NCBI GenBank assembly: GCA_012295275.1 | Contig: CM022679.1 | Location: 8,060,001 to 8,124,000, forward strand | From: Chrysomallon squamiferum | Lineage: Eukaryota; Animalia; Mollusca | Direction: 5' to 3' | Length of the DNA stretch: 64,000 nt | Part shown: positions 13,710 through 28,808 of the stretch, one piece after another | How the letters are laid out: the number at the start of each line of letters is the position of its first letter | Numbering within the stretch: position 1 is the stretch's first letter | Notes under the pieces: generated by a model | Told to the model about the DNA's origin: nothing | The model's input: only the letters and a program-made list of their open reading frames with translations | Databases searched by the model: none | Made by a program: the position numbers and the translations under genes

Positions 13710-15082
13710 TAAACAACTAAAACAACGTAAGAAGAAATCTGTAACAAGAAATTAAAAAATTTGTTTTATCAAATGTTAACTTTTTGATTGATTTTTACTT
13801 TATGGCGTGATTAACTTCCATTACATTTACGGTTTCTGTTTGTTAAGGAATTCCATTAAATATTCATATATTGACACGAATCTATTATTTATTTGTTGTC
13901 TGTTTTTCACTCTCTGTCTGCATATTTGCAGAAATCCCTTTTATTCCACGTTTTAAATCGTGACAAATAATTCGTCATTTTGTCAATGGCAAACACCACC
14001 GTGTTTCTGTTCTTTTGTAAAACTCGCGCAACCGAAATTCGAATCATCTCTTTGTGGACCTTTTTTCTTTCGGCAGGATGGCGGTAGAATATGGTACGCG
14101 TAGGATTATCCGGATTAGTAAGCGAGCCGTCAGTGCACAAAGCGGTGATTAGAACGTTTGGCGAGCAAACCTTTAAAGTTTGCAGTGACATTCTGCACTA
14201 TAGCGGTCTTGTGTCTGTTCTGTGAGGTGTACACAAGTCAGCTAGTTCGTTTGCCAATACAAATAGTCCAAATTCGACTCTTTATTCAACTGTGAGCCCC
14301 AGCAATTAAGGTCAATTACCCTTTGGTATTGGGCAGCACAAGTATTTACAAGTTTCGACTTCTGTTTTAAACCCAGATTAAAGCGTTTTATCCTAAGTAT
14401 TTCAGAGAGGTTCACACGAGTTGCAAACATATTGATCAATACAGGTACAAGAAAAAAAAAAAAAAAAAAACGAAAGAACAGATCGCCAAGGAATTAAACA
14501 AATATATTTAACACCTCCCCCGTTTTCTGATAGTGTTAAAGACGCATGTACTAGAAACATCAGCAGATGTAAATGGTTGAGATATTTTAAATATTTAAAT
14601 ATTTCAGATTGTCTAAATGTGTTCGGTCAACATATATAACGAATATAAAAAACAGAATTTTAAAATTATGATCTCATAACCAAATTAATTACCTAATGCT
14701 ACTGCTATTGTTATTATATGCCCAACGCGATTTGGTTAATTTTCATATTGTGTTTACTTACACAGAACTTGTGTAAGTAAAAATGAAGGTTCCAGCACTG
14801 ACAGGGTTTTTTTACAGTTTACTTAGATAAGACTTGAAGGAATTTAGTGAGAGAGATCGTCTCTTATCTGAGAGAGTTTCTGTGATGATGTAAGACTTTC
14901 CATGTGGAATCTTTAGGTTTGAAGTCAGACTCTGAAACTAAGCCATTTGAAAACCATAATCAGTCGACTGTAATCAGCTGTGAGTGTATAGTTACAGAAT
15001 AACATACTTGACATTTTGAAGAAAAATAGACTTAACACGTGAATATATGTGGGTGAGTTGGTGCTTGAGCTCGTGCTTCTGC

Positions 15083-15135
<53 letters not shown>

Positions 15136-16411
15136 TATGTGTACCTATATGTGAATGCGGATGTTTTGTGGATATACCTATCAAATAAAGATATTTAAAA
15201 AAGACTATAAAACTGTTATCGTGTGAAAATTCAGTAGATTTAAACATTACATTTTATATTTATTTCTGACTCATTTCTTTCAGCAAAAGACTTGGCTCAT
15301 TTTAATACAACGACACTACTTCCAATCTCTATTTCCAAAGTGGCAAAATCGTTCGGAAGCCGTCTGACAAGACGTGATTCGCTTTTTAGCCATTTCCTTT
15401 GTAATTATTGGCGAAACTCCGAACAAAAAAAAAAAAAAAAAAAAAAGAAGAAGAAGAAGACGACGATCTTCAAACAGCTATATCGATTTGCAACGACTGA
15501 ACGAAAACTGCTTAGCTGTTGTTCTGTTGTGCGTGTACAAATTTCCAGTGAAATCATCTTAACGTTTTAATATTTTATTCTTCTTCTATTTGCGATATCA
15601 AAAACAAATACGAACTCATTGATTTAAATATTTTTGCTACGCCAATCCACGTGTTCATCTTGCAGTATTCACTGGTGAGCGAATGAATGAATGAACATTT
15701 TTCAATAATAATAATAACATCTCATTTTAATATTGACGACTGCTTTGGGAAATGCATACCACTCCTGCGACAACCCATCAGTGAATATTTATTAGTCGAT
15801 CAGAAGTCTTGCCTAAGTGACAGCCTAGGATTCTGTTTACAAAAGAAGCTTGAGTGTACTGCCTGCGGGGTGTGAATTATGTGAATGACAGATGTCTGTT
15901 GACGTTCACAGTTGTGTACAATTTACATTTGAATCCGATATGCTTTAATTAAATGAACTGTACAGTAACTATTTTTTTTTTTTTTTTTTTATTTTTTTTT
16001 AAAATTTTGCTGGCTGACAATAGTTTAATGAGAAAGAGAATAATAGGTGAGCACAGGAAATTTGGTCCTGTGATCGTTTAGTCCTCAAACTGGTTTTCTA
16101 ACGAAGAATAATAGTCTACACACAGTTTGATTATTCGTCTTAATGTGATCTCAAATACATAGAACAGTGTGAGTAAAATGCTATGCGTAACAACATGCAG
16201 ATATCAGTCTTTAAAATAAAAATAATAATTAAGTGTCTCAGTCACAATAAACACAAGGTTCAAACACCAAATCAATATGCACATGGGTTGTCTGTCTGTT
16301 CCTGGAAGTGTTTGTGTGGTGATGGTGTGGTAGTATTTCATCTACGTAACTTGGGTTGGATCAGTGCACTTGTCAGTATTAAGTCAGTGGTATAAGAACC
16401 GTTACTCTGAG

Positions 16412-16442
<31 letters not shown>

Positions 16443-16529
16443 AACTATCTTAATATACACATCCATGCATACACACACACACACACTCGTAATAACAAAA
16501 TACTTTCAGACTTGTAAAACAAAGATTAC

Positions 16530-17382
16530 CTTGTCTGATGGAGATTTTCTTGCCCGTTCCTGCTGTCAGAACAACTTGAGGATGACTGTCTGTGAGCGTG
16601 AAAAGCTCGTCTTTCGTCACCGTTTTGTTTCTGCCTTTCATGGTGGCAGTGGCCCCGACTGCGGTAAGGTAGTAACCCATGTGATCCTTAAAACACATAC
16701 CGCTGTTGGCGCCCGACCTCACCTCCAGCGAGAATTTCGTATCCTCGTCCATCTCGGTCACCAGCGAACCGTTTCGATGTAGGAAGCGATTGTCACACGT
16801 TTTGAATGAATATTTACCCTCGTGGAAGTGAAGAATAATGAGAGCGTCTTGACCCCAAGGGATTATTTCCGTCACTTGGATCTGATCGTCGCAGAGATGG
16901 GCATAGCGCTTTCGGTTGACGTTTCTCAGATTCACTTGCGGGTGGATAGACAACTGGACGTCCCATAACTCCTTGGGACCCATGGACTTTTCGTAACACT
17001 GAACATTGTCGTCTTCCACTATTCCTAGATACGTCCCATGCATTTGGTTTCTGAAACCCCATTTTCCAGTTGCGTCTTTGGAGTATTCAACGACAAATTT
17101 TTCAGAGCCATCAAGTTCCTCTGCAGATCTGTCGCATGTAATTTGGCCATATTTGTCCGCGGAAATGTAGCAGTTTAGGTGACTTTTAATATAAATAATG
17201 TCTTCAACCGCATCTTGTTCCAGTGTCCATCTTTGTTTCTTCTTCAAGGTCGTCCCCGCAGCATTGATTTTATGGCCAAATGTCTCGGCTGTCAAATATT
17301 TTTTATCCTTCGTTATTAAGCCAACTTTCCATTGCCACAGTTCTTTATTGCTATGACCATTAACTCCGTTAATCGCAGCCAT
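16530..17382 (-). CDS. FSCN1: Fascin (actin-bundling protein, singed/FSCN family), coding exon 1 of 4; spliced product 512 aa
   Basis: ATG at 17382. Motifs KYLTAETFGHKINA..LKKKQRWTLE, HPQVNLRNVNRKRYAHL, IPWGQDAL, KDELFTL.DSHPQV. Donor CAAG|GTAATC at 16529. Exons 853+160+299+227 = 1539 nt, in frame to the stop. Confidence 0.97.
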
Positions 17383-17562
17383 TCTCGAAACACTTTTTTT
17401 TTTTACACGCTGAGTGTAATTTTCATCAATAAACAGAAAATAATAAATGACTTAAAAACCGTGCCGTTTTTCTCTCTCAAGTCACACGCCAGCGCTAAAC
17501 CTTCTTTCTTTTGTAAAACCCTTTTCCACAGTGAAATGCTTTAATGTGGAGTTTCAGAGCCA

Positions 17563-17675
17563 TGACGTCACCAGCTTAGATAGACGCCGATTGGTTACTC
17601 ATCAGACGCCGGTCCCCGATACCATAGCCTGACACTTTTGGACATCACATAGACGATAGTAATAATAGGGATTGG
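17563..17675 (-). promoter_or_regulatory. Fascin proximal promoter elements (CRE, two CCAAT boxes, AP-1-like site)
   Basis: Perfect TGACGTCA at 17563-17570. CCAAT on minus strand at 17594-17590 and 17675-17671. TTACTCA at 17595-17601. All lie 180-290 bp upstream of the ATG. Confidence 0.5.
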
Positions 17676-17980
17676 TGTAGGCAGAATCAGATTAGGCTTT
17701 TTCTTTGTCGCTAAACATTATGAAGCGCGATGTAATCGGTGTTTACAAGTATTTCACGCCTCTATCGAGCAGCAGTCCGTGACTTCCCCCATCGCGATAG
17801 AAGCTATAATGTACTGTCACTAAACCTTTTTATGTAAAATTATTGAAATTTGCTTCTTTTTATCATTATTATTATTAGTCGTAGTAGTATTAGTATTATT
17901 ATAAAACAGGATTAGAAGTTATTTGATGACCCAGAAAATCAGTGATCACGTTTTCCTTTCAGTGTCAGCTGTTTTTGCAT

Positions 17981-17981
<1 letters not shown>

Positions 17982-18023
<42 letters not shown>

Positions 18024-18067
18024 GTATCATCATTATTATTATTATTAATAATATTATTATTATTATT
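17982..18067. repeat. (CAT)n / (ATT)n compound microsatellite
   Basis: Direct reading of the sequence. Confidence 0.9.
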
Positions 18068-19256
18068 TTAATATATTCGCTACTATGACTACAAGTTCAC
18101 AGATTAATTTATAACAAAACCTAGATATACAAAAAAGATATTTTACAACCATCCTAATAAAAGAAAATAATTTTCTGCGATACAGTTTTTCAGTTACTAA
18201 ATTTATTTCTTGTTGATGTTGTTAATGCTGTTATGTTTCTTGAAAACTTACACACATACAGTATATATATGTATATATACCGTAAGTAAGGTTTCAAGAT
18301 ATATATATATATAAAATATATTTTATGTTACAAAATATGATTCGAAATTAATAAAACGAATCCGCATTATCCGCATTATCATCAAGTTATTAGAAGTAAC
18401 TAGAAGACACAACTGTAGGCACCTGCACAGAACACAGACAATAACTCTTAGATACACTATCAATGAATTATAATTACCGTAACAAGTGTTCGAAAAAATA
18501 AACACGGGAGATAACTACGAAAACCAGCATGGCATTTGTATAGCAGAGTTATTCTTTAATGATTGATTATCAGATCATCTGCCTGTAGATAGATACACAA
18601 ACAGACAAACAGACAGATAGATAGACAAACAGACAAACAGATAGATAGACAGATGGATAGATGGATAGATAGACAAATAAATAAATTAATATTTACATTC
18701 TTTACAAAAATAATTTAAAAGTTCTTAATTTTCTTTCAAGATTTCAAATTTGTCAGTCTTAATTCTTATATTTAATACATTTGAAGTCTGGAATCAAAAA
18801 CATAAAATTTTTATGGCCCACTCATATATTGTAGCTGTTCCTTTCAAATGCCAGTTCTAAAGATATCCATTTTAAATTGATCTAATAATTTCGTTTAACT
18901 TGTTTTGTTTTTTTTAGTAATTAAACCACTTCGACAATTAACGTGGCAGTTTATTATAATACCAAATTTGGCAATGTTTAGTTATTGCACGATGAACACA
19001 GTATATGGAATGATGACAAAATTCCGATTCTGGTGGTGGAGTTGTTCTCAAAGAATCCTGTACTTGGTTTATTTGAAACCGAATCTGCACATAAAATCTG
19101 TATCGTGGATTGAAATATTATTATCATCATGGTGGTCGTCATCTTCAGCATCATATTCATCGTCATTATCATTATTATCTTCTTCGACGTCACAGTCGTT
19201 ATCGCCGTAATAGTCATCATCATCGTCTACGTTCTCATAATATTCATTATCATCGT

Positions 19257-19259
<3 letters not shown>

Positions 19260-19318
<59 letters not shown>
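19260..19318. repeat. (ATT)n microsatellite, preceded by a degenerate (ATC/GTC)n tract from ~19115
   Basis: Direct reading; explains the poly-I/poly-L/His-rich ORFs. Confidence 0.92.
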
Positions 19319-19319
<1 letters not shown>

Positions 19320-19593
19320 AGTAGTAGTAGTATGGGTAATTGATCTCATTTGTATAATTGTGTTTGATGTTTGAAAATACATGCATGAATTAACGGGAAT
19401 TACAGATTTGTTAATAGTAACAAAATACCTTACATCACAGTAAGAAACACAATTTACGGATTTATTTATATTAAAAAATGATCACAATCTTTTAAAATTA
19501 TATATTACAAGAAGATCTTATTAAAGTTGGAATCGCGTATCAGTGAAATAAAATTGGGTGGAATTTACATAACAAGTAATTTGCGGGGCTTAA

Positions 19594-20313
<720 letters not shown>

Positions 20314-20438
20314 TAACCACCTATAAGAAAACAAGTTTTTAGACAGTTTTTCTTTTCACTTGTAAAAACTGATAAAATTATATTAGTTGTGTGGATAAAG
20401 TAATTGTATTTAAAGTAAACACATTTGTAACATTATGA

Positions 20439-20576
<138 letters not shown>

Positions 20577-20975
20577 TAAAATAAACCATTAAAATTACTA
20601 TTTCATCCAGAACTTAAAATTTATTTTATTTATCAAAAATTGAAATAAATAATTAAAAATAATAACAAAAAAATAAATTTATTAATTAATAAGAAAGAAA
20701 AAAAACAACAATGTAAGATTGATAAATCATTGTCAGATTTTCATTCTGTCAGGTATGGAATAATAACATAACACAATGTCTAAATGTTATCAGCCATATG
20801 TCATCCATGCAAGCTTTTTATTTTATTGTGTAATAATGTATTAAAGAACTATTAGCAAAACAATGACTTGGTGGTATGTATATAAAATATATTTACACGC
20901 TTAATTAGTCCAGAGAGCTAAAGTTATACTTTAGTTACATCACAGTCACACACTAATTTTTGCTTTATGACACAG

Positions 20976-21195
20976 AGTACAGGACGATGCACCCAGACTG
21001 GAACCCACGAGTCATTTGTTGTTAAATAAACGAAAACACGAAGAAGAGGACACGCTTTCCAACAACGAAGATGTGAAGCGAAGCAAATCCGATGCCAGCA
21101 CTGTTCAGCCAGAAAACAGACAAGTGAGGGTGAATTCTAAAGTGGTTGCTGTCATGGCGCCAGAGAACAGCACACAGAGTGATGCCAAAAACTAA
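20976..21195 (+). CDS. ALKBH5: ALKBH5 coding exon 3 of 3 (terminal)
   Basis: Acceptor gacacAG, phase 2. Encodes (R)VQDDAPRLEP (conserved DAPRL), then a low-complexity tail with KRK...KRSK, to TAA at 21193-21195. Exons 698+81+220 = 999 nt. Confidence 0.85.
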
Positions 21196-22859
21196 ATTTA
21201 TTTCAAATCTTTTTGTGGTAAAAAAAACGGCTGAGTGTTTGGAACACAACCATGATATTTAATAGGTTTTTTTTTTATAAACTCCAAGGAAATTAAAGTT
21301 ACAGGTTTTGAGATGATCCAGAAAAATATAACATCTTTGTCAGTCATTCTTAATTATTTTTGTATACCTTGTTGAGTGGGCTGTCATCTTGCAGGTTTTG
21401 TAAACATTGTGATCATTAGACTTCAACACACATATTGTAATATTTGGAAGAATCATGGTTGTTTACCAAGTACTCTGCATCACAGATTATTTTTGTTATG
21501 GTGTTCTGTGTTTTGTTATGCCTTCAAAGGCAAATTTGTATAGTATTCAGAATTGCGTTTAAATTAATTAGATTCCAGTTGAAAGATTTTGGGGCATTTT
21601 ATTTGTATATTTATACAAAATCATGAAAATGTATTTTATAGTTTATTTTAAAGCTTATTGTGATTATGTATGTATATAAGTAATAATTAAAAAAAATGCC
21701 ATAATTATCTGAAAGGTATGTATATATTGTTATTAAGTATATACCTCAGAAATCTTTATTTCCATCAGATTGTATTTTTTATACTTAGTTGTTGGTTTTT
21801 TTTACAGAGTATTCAAGTGTATACAAAATGATGTCATAGTACATTGACTGTTCAAACCAAAGAGATATTTTATTTTATTTTTGTTTTTGTTATTGATAAT
21901 TTTCAATTATTGTTCACTAGCCAGCTGAAAGCAATTTGCTATTACCTCCAACAATTTTATTTTGAGTCAGAAAATCATATTTACAAGTGAGTTTTAAAGT
22001 ATGTGAGTGCTAACCTTTCATTTGATGTGTGTTATCACTGCCATTTTCTTTCACTGAAAAAAATGTAGATTACAACTTATTTCTTTTTTTTTTAAATAAA
22101 TAAATATGGATAGAAAAATAAACATTTTTCAGGCTGTATATAAATTAATAAATAGAAAAAAATAGAAAACAAAATTAAAAAATTATTTCAGTAAAAATTT
22201 TTCAAACATTGGCATTTTGTCTAACCACACAATTATCTTAGAAATGTTTTGGACAACTTGAAATAAAAAATGGCATTGTATTTTTAAAAAAATTATATAT
22301 ATATATATATATATTATTGTTAGAATTAAAAGAACTGAGTCATATTTGCCACATTTTCATTTCATCCTTTCCGCTTAGGACTACTGTTAATATAACGGAT
22401 GTAAATAATCTAGAAAGGATCTGTTTTTATGTTAGATCTGAACTTGTTGATTTTCTTTTTAAACATTTTACTAGTTATTCAGGTGCTACTGTTTTAGTTG
22501 TACAGAAGAGACTGATTGTTTTAAATTCTTGAACACTCTGGGTGAAAGTATTATACTTGACCAGTATAATAATATTACTATTTTTTCAATATATTAGCAA
22601 AAATTAAAAAAAAAAATAAACCTAAAGTATTTATTGTCATTGTTAAAATATTTTTAAAAACTTACTAATATTCAAATTTGGCTTACATTGTTGTAAAATT
22701 TAAAAAGAAATTGAAAATTTGATTTATTCTTATCAGCAGACTTGACATGTAAAACAAGAAATCTTTTTTAGCTGTCTGCTCACTGTGATTCAACTGAGTA
22801 CTAAACATTGGTGCAGTTTGTTACTAATTGACAGTTCTCTGTGAGGAGCATTAAGTACT

Positions 22860-23065
22860 AAAGATGGTTCAGCTTGTTGCTTAGTGAGAATTCTCCTTTA
22901 GCAGTATTGTGTTCAAAAGATGGTTCAATTTGTTGCTTAGTATGAATTCTCCTTTAAAAGTATTGTGTTCAAAAGATGGTTAAACTTGTTGCTCAGTAGG
23001 AATTCTCCTTTAGCAATTATTGAGTTCAAGAGCTGGCTCAGCTTTTTGCTTACAACATTCTTTTA
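22860..23065. repeat. 56-bp minisatellite, ~3.5 units
   Basis: gatggtt marker at 22863, 22919, 22975 and degenerate at 23032. Unit is aaagatggttcagcttgttgcttagtgagaattctcctttagcagtattgtgttca. Confidence 0.9.
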
Positions 23066-24906
23066 GTAATAAAAGTCAGAGCAGTAATAATTACTTTGCT
23101 AAAAATAAAGACAGAACTGAGTCAGTCGAAATTGTATTATTTTAAAAATGGACATATAAACATTTTAATTAAAACGTAATAATAATAAAATAAGTTGTCA
23201 TGGATTTTGTCAAAACCATTTCAGTAAAATTAGTTATAATATATTGTGCTTCAGCAGTGTTATTATTAGTATTACAGAAACTGGTCAAAATTAATATCTT
23301 TGTATTAATTTGTGTATTACAAAGAAAACAGTTTTCTTTCCGATAATTATCATGCATTTTTATAAAACAAAGTCTTTTGCAAGATAATGTTATTTTGAAA
23401 CAGGCTCCTGTTTTGATTGTAAATAATGCCTGTTGTATTTGTTGAAGTTTACGTTAGTTTGATGAAATTAATATGCAGATATTAACAAATTGGATAGTTT
23501 TAAAGTTGAGTTTGTTATTTTATTGTTGTTGCAGATTGTTGTATTTTTATTTGAGATAAACTGTGAAGAATTTCTCAAAGGGACATAACTAGTGAAAATT
23601 AGGAAATGAGACTAATGAATTATTATATTACTTGATAAATCTTTTTTGATTATTATGTGAAGGATACTAATCATTAATTAATATTGTAATATTTAAATTT
23701 GTAATTTGTACAGATCTGAGTTTAAAATTGTGTTCATAATTTTAACAATTTTATTTAAATAAGATCAAAATATTAACATTATGAAAAAGAGAAAAAGATA
23801 ACTTCATCAAAAATGTAGCCTGTATGTTGATAAAAATGGTCAGACCCAATGTAGTGTTTGACTTATAAATACTAATTTAGTAATAAAGTACCTCTAGTCT
23901 ATTTAGTGTCTTTCACTTTTTCTAATCGTAATTACTTTTTGTAGTTTAAACACACACACACTCTCAAATAGATAATATAAAATCTATTTTTAATCAATGA
24001 AAGATTTACAGAGGAGAGCTAACAAACATTTATTCAAGTATAATAATTAAATTTAAATATTTACCTGGAAACAAAATATAACTTCATACAAATTTCCCTT
24101 TCAAGAAGTAGGGAATGTAAATAATCTCCCTTTTTATAGTTCAATAATGATGCAGCCGTCTGTTCAGTCTGTAATGATATTTTGCTCATTTAATTTAAAT
24201 AAATAAATAAATATTGAAAATATTTTTGTCACAGAAAGTGTCCAGTATTTCATATATTACTGTATTTGGGAGTTGCACTTAATTGAAAATAGAATCCAAA
24301 TCAATAATGAAAAACAAATCCTATCAATAATGAATTTAAGTTAGAATGAAAGTGAAAATTTAAAAATTATTTTCTGTTGAAATGATGAGAGTAATCATGT
24401 GACAAATTTGATTAACTGGCAGAATGTTAATCTTTTTCATGACATTTACATGAGTTTATGTTACTAAGTCTTAACCATTACACATCATAAATAAAATAAA
24501 ATATTCCCATAATTTAATTGAATCATCAAAATCTAGATAAAAGAGCAAAATAATTTAGAAATGATCATTTTATTTGATTCTGAATTGAACATTATTTAAT
24601 AAATATAGAAATATAACCAAAAGTTTTAAAAACCAGTGCCATTCAAAATATTTTTTTAATTTTAAAATGAATATAAAAAAATTCAATCATCTGATTTTAT
24701 AAAACTTTTTTTTTTTTTTGCTGTTTAATACAAAGCACATTTTTTGTTCAGTTTGTTGTTTCATACTATCTTTTCTAATTTTGATATTTTCATTAGAAAT
24801 TGTGACATAAGATGTGTTTCAAGTTTGATGAAAATTTGATAAATTACAGTACTGAATATTTGTACAATTACTCCATACTTTGGTGGTTTTTGTTAAGGAA
24901 TGTTGC

Positions 24907-24950
24907 AATAAACTGAAATTTAAAAATATCTTTTGTCATTTGTTTTTAGA
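24907..24950 (+). terminator. Candidate distal ALKBH5 polyadenylation signal
   Basis: AATAAA at 24907-24912 followed by U/GU-rich tcttttgtcatttgttttt, near the end of the CpG-depleted domain. Several other AATAAA hexamers lie upstream. Confidence 0.3.
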
Positions 24951-25297
24951 CTTTTCAATTTAAATAACACACAACATGCACATGCATACACACCTATACA
25001 TAAACACAAATGTAGGAAAAACTATTTCTTTTTAAAAGAATTCACAAAACACTGTTTTTGAATAAATGTACGTAAGTGTGCATTGATGGTATAAGAGAGA
25101 AAAACACCAAGAGATTTCTATCAGATATACAAACACACAGACATAAATAAACAATTGAAATAAATATTTGTAAAAATGTTAAAAATCATCTGAACCTATA
25201 GTCATAAAATAATCTGAATTTTGCTTCATCTTAATTATTAAATTTCATTTTATTTTATTATTACACTTCAGTAAAGCATAGTATAATATAGTATAGT

Positions 25298-25328
<31 letters not shown>

Positions 25329-27071
25329 TTTTATTTTGTTTTGTTTTATTTTTTTTATTTCATTATATTTTATTTCATATTATTATGTTATGTTATATTA
25401 TATTTTATTATATTATATTATAGTTTTCTTAAATCTTGATTTCATGTGCAGGGTAATATTTTTACAAAAATATGTATTAATAAATATTTCATTTGGTTCT
25501 AAAATAATTAATTCTTGGTGGTAATTACTATGTTCTTTTCTGAATGAGCACAAAAACAAAAATCTGTTATTTTATTTTGTTTTATTATCATTTTTTAAAT
25601 ATGCTTTAGGTGGAGTAATGTTAATGACAAATAATATATAACATTGTTAATATCAGTGTGCTGAATTTTTTTTTTTTACAATATTAATTTTACTGTACTA
25701 TTAATCAAAGTTATGGCCATTTGTAATCGATGATGCATATGGAAATAATTTCACTTCTATTTGTGCTATGCGGTAATATTACGACACGAATAGCTACGGT
25801 TAATAATTATAGTTATCTAACACGTGTGGTTACATCACGATAACCGTATGTAACTGTCGAGTCAATAACATATCTAAGCTGATAACACAAATCTGCGGTA
25901 TTATATGATCGTGTGGATGATGGATGAATCAGTTTGGGTGCGATCGTGGGCGTATATTAGTTTGATGTGAAAATTCCCTTTATAATCTGCTAACTTATTT
26001 ACTAATAATTGTTTGCTGTTATCTGCGATTCAAGAATAAAATAAATGAAGTAAAACTGAATTCCTGTATGACTGAATGAATTAATGAAACGTTTTACGAC
26101 AATTTTCACGTCCGTCATTGTACGGCGCGAGTCATGTTCATGCGCACTCTTGCATGCGAGTTTGTATTGGGGTGGGGGATCACTCTTATTGATTAACAGC
26201 AAAGGACACACCCACGCCCACACACCCACACACACGCACGCACGCACGCACATACACACATACGAATTAAGTGTATTAAAAACTATTCTCTGGAAACTAC
26301 TTTGAAGTGGTTTTAAATTTGATGTTCAATGAAAATAAAAAAAAAAGAGACTTTATTTTGTTGTTTCTTAAATTTGGTGTGGACGTGCAATGTTACACTA
26401 ACATAGTGAATAAATTAGCTTTTTATTAGCTTTTTTTTTTTTAATTTAAATGTAGTTAATTATTTATTTCAATGCGTAAAATTACCGAATGTGCATTAAA
26501 AAGGAAATAATTTGTGGTTTTGTACCCGAAAAATAAACATATAGATAAAATTAAAACAAACAACAAACAAAAGAAACGAACAAATAACAAAAACAATGCT
26601 TTGATTGCACAGTATTTTAATTATTACAATCTTTCTATAAAAAAAAAAAAAGCACATAAAAATAACAATACACATTTGTGAATTTTGTAATAACATAAGT
26701 AAAGCTAAAAACAACAATACAAAAATTAAAAAATAACAATAAATTAAAATCATATGATAAATTAGGTGGTTTTTTTTGGTTTATTGTAGATTTTTTTTTT
26801 TTTTTTTTTAATCTAATTTATAACACTTTTGATATGTTATTTAAAAAAATGGATAACAGTTTTAAATAAAAATTATACAATATTTTGATATGCTATAAGA
26901 CAAAACTTAAAAAATAAATAAACAATATAAAATTAAGTATTTCCAAAAACTGATGATACAAATGATGGAAAAATGACGAAATATTTGTATAAATGAGTTT
27001 GTCTACCCGACATATAATCATTATCTTATGATGTATTTTACCTGATTTACAAACACATATTTATATTCCAA

Positions 27072-27625
27072 ATTTCAGAACATTCTAGCCAACAAAACTT
27101 ACAACAATAAGCATCCAGTTAAATACAAGATTTACCAAGGCGAACATTTCAGAAAATTCTGCTGAACTTACAACAATAAGCATCCAGTTAAATACAAGAT
27201 TTACCAAGGCGAACATTTCAGAAAATTCTGCTGAACTTACAACAATAAGCATCCAGTTAAATACAAGATTTACCAAGGCGCACATGTCAGAAAATTTGCA
27301 GAACTTACAACAATAAGTACCCAGCTAAATACAAGATTTACCAAGGCGCACATTTCAGAAAATTTTGCTGAACTTACAACAATAAGTACCCAGCTTAATA
27401 CAAAATTTACCAAAACGCACATTTCAGAATATTTTGCAGAACTTACAACAATAAGTACCCAATTTAATATATGATAAACACAAGCGTACATTTCAGAATA
27501 TTCTACTGAACTTACAATAAATATCCAACTTAAAGTAAAATGTACCAAAGCTCGTGTTTCAGACTATTTTGCAGAACTTACAACAATAAGTACACAACTT
27601 ACTTAATACAAGATAAAGCCAGACG
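27072..27625. repeat. 69-bp minisatellite, ~8 units with a left-to-right divergence gradient
   Basis: acttacaa marker at 27097, 27166, 27235, 27303, 27372, 27441, 27510, 27576. The first units are identical. Confidence 0.95.
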
Positions 27626-28220
27626 CTTAAATGTGCACGTATTCAAAACAAAAGATAAATTCTGCATCACAGTGTGCCCTATAGTCCTAATACGCCTCAC
27701 CGTTAAGAAATTAATATCACTTTTTCCATTAAAGACAGCGTATTTAATAATAATAATAATAATAATAATAATTTCAAAATGAAAACATGAGTTCATGAAA
27801 CAGTTTTGGAAACACGTACGTGTGGTGAACAATGCAATACAAAAGGCAAAATACCGGGTTACATGTTCTTCGTTCGTGTTTTGATTATTACTTCAACCAA
27901 ATCTAAAGTCACAAAACATTACATATACAGTTATCAAAAAAACCCACAAAAATCTCCCCAAAAAACAAGAACACACGCACAAAACAAAACGTGTTACACA
28001 GCTACTTTGTGCGTTGTGTATCACAAACTAATTTTAAAATAATACAGGATTGGGCATCGAATATCAAATCACACTGCGTTGCATTCTATTACATTATAAC
28101 ACCAGTAGCTAATATTTGGAAATAAATAAAACGCGAGGTATAACAAATAAATCCACAGCAACTATTTTATCACATAAAATGCACAATCATGCATGCACAT
28201 ACGTACACATTCATTTACTA

Positions 28221-28265
<45 letters not shown>

Positions 28266-28808
28266 CATGTTTTTTTTACAACCTCAGTCTTTCCGATTTC
28301 TCGGTCTTCGTCTCAGTGAATGTATGTATATAAACTGTAAATTTCAAATTCTCTTAGATCATTGGCATTTAACCCGTTTCTTACATTGTATATCTAAAGG
28401 ATACTTAACCCTGAGAGATGAATTATGGATTTAATGATTTAAAATATTATGATTCTTTGTTTATAAATGTGATTGTCTAAAGCTCAAACCGTGTAAACCA
28501 TCAAACTTGAGTCATGTTTATGTAATGTCAATAAGAATTTTTCTATTTCTGAAGACTTTATATTGAGAAAACGTTAATTACATGTTAAGAAAAATCAGAA
28601 TGTTTTAGAAATTTAATTTCAAAACTATCTCGATTTTAGATGAAAATAGAAAAAAACTTCGTATTTTAGTATCGTTAACGTCACTCCGTATTTTCACTTC
28701 TTTTTAAAAGAATTAAAAGTTTGAATGTAACAAGGAAAATAATAATAATAATAATAGTAGTAGTAGCAGTAGCAGTAGTGGTAGTAGTAGTGTTTTGTTA
28801 TTTGTTTT

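Noticed and set aside
16450-16529. C-terminal part of the 310-aa fascin ORF (NLCFTSLKV...)
   Set aside because: This is read-through into intron 1 past the GTAATC donor; homology continues in exon 2.
9901-16529. Nested gene in the 6.6-kb fascin intron 1 (ORFs 12537-12839, 13907-14191)
   Set aside because: No recognisable domain or consistent exon chain; the CpG-rich patches are more plausibly enhancers.
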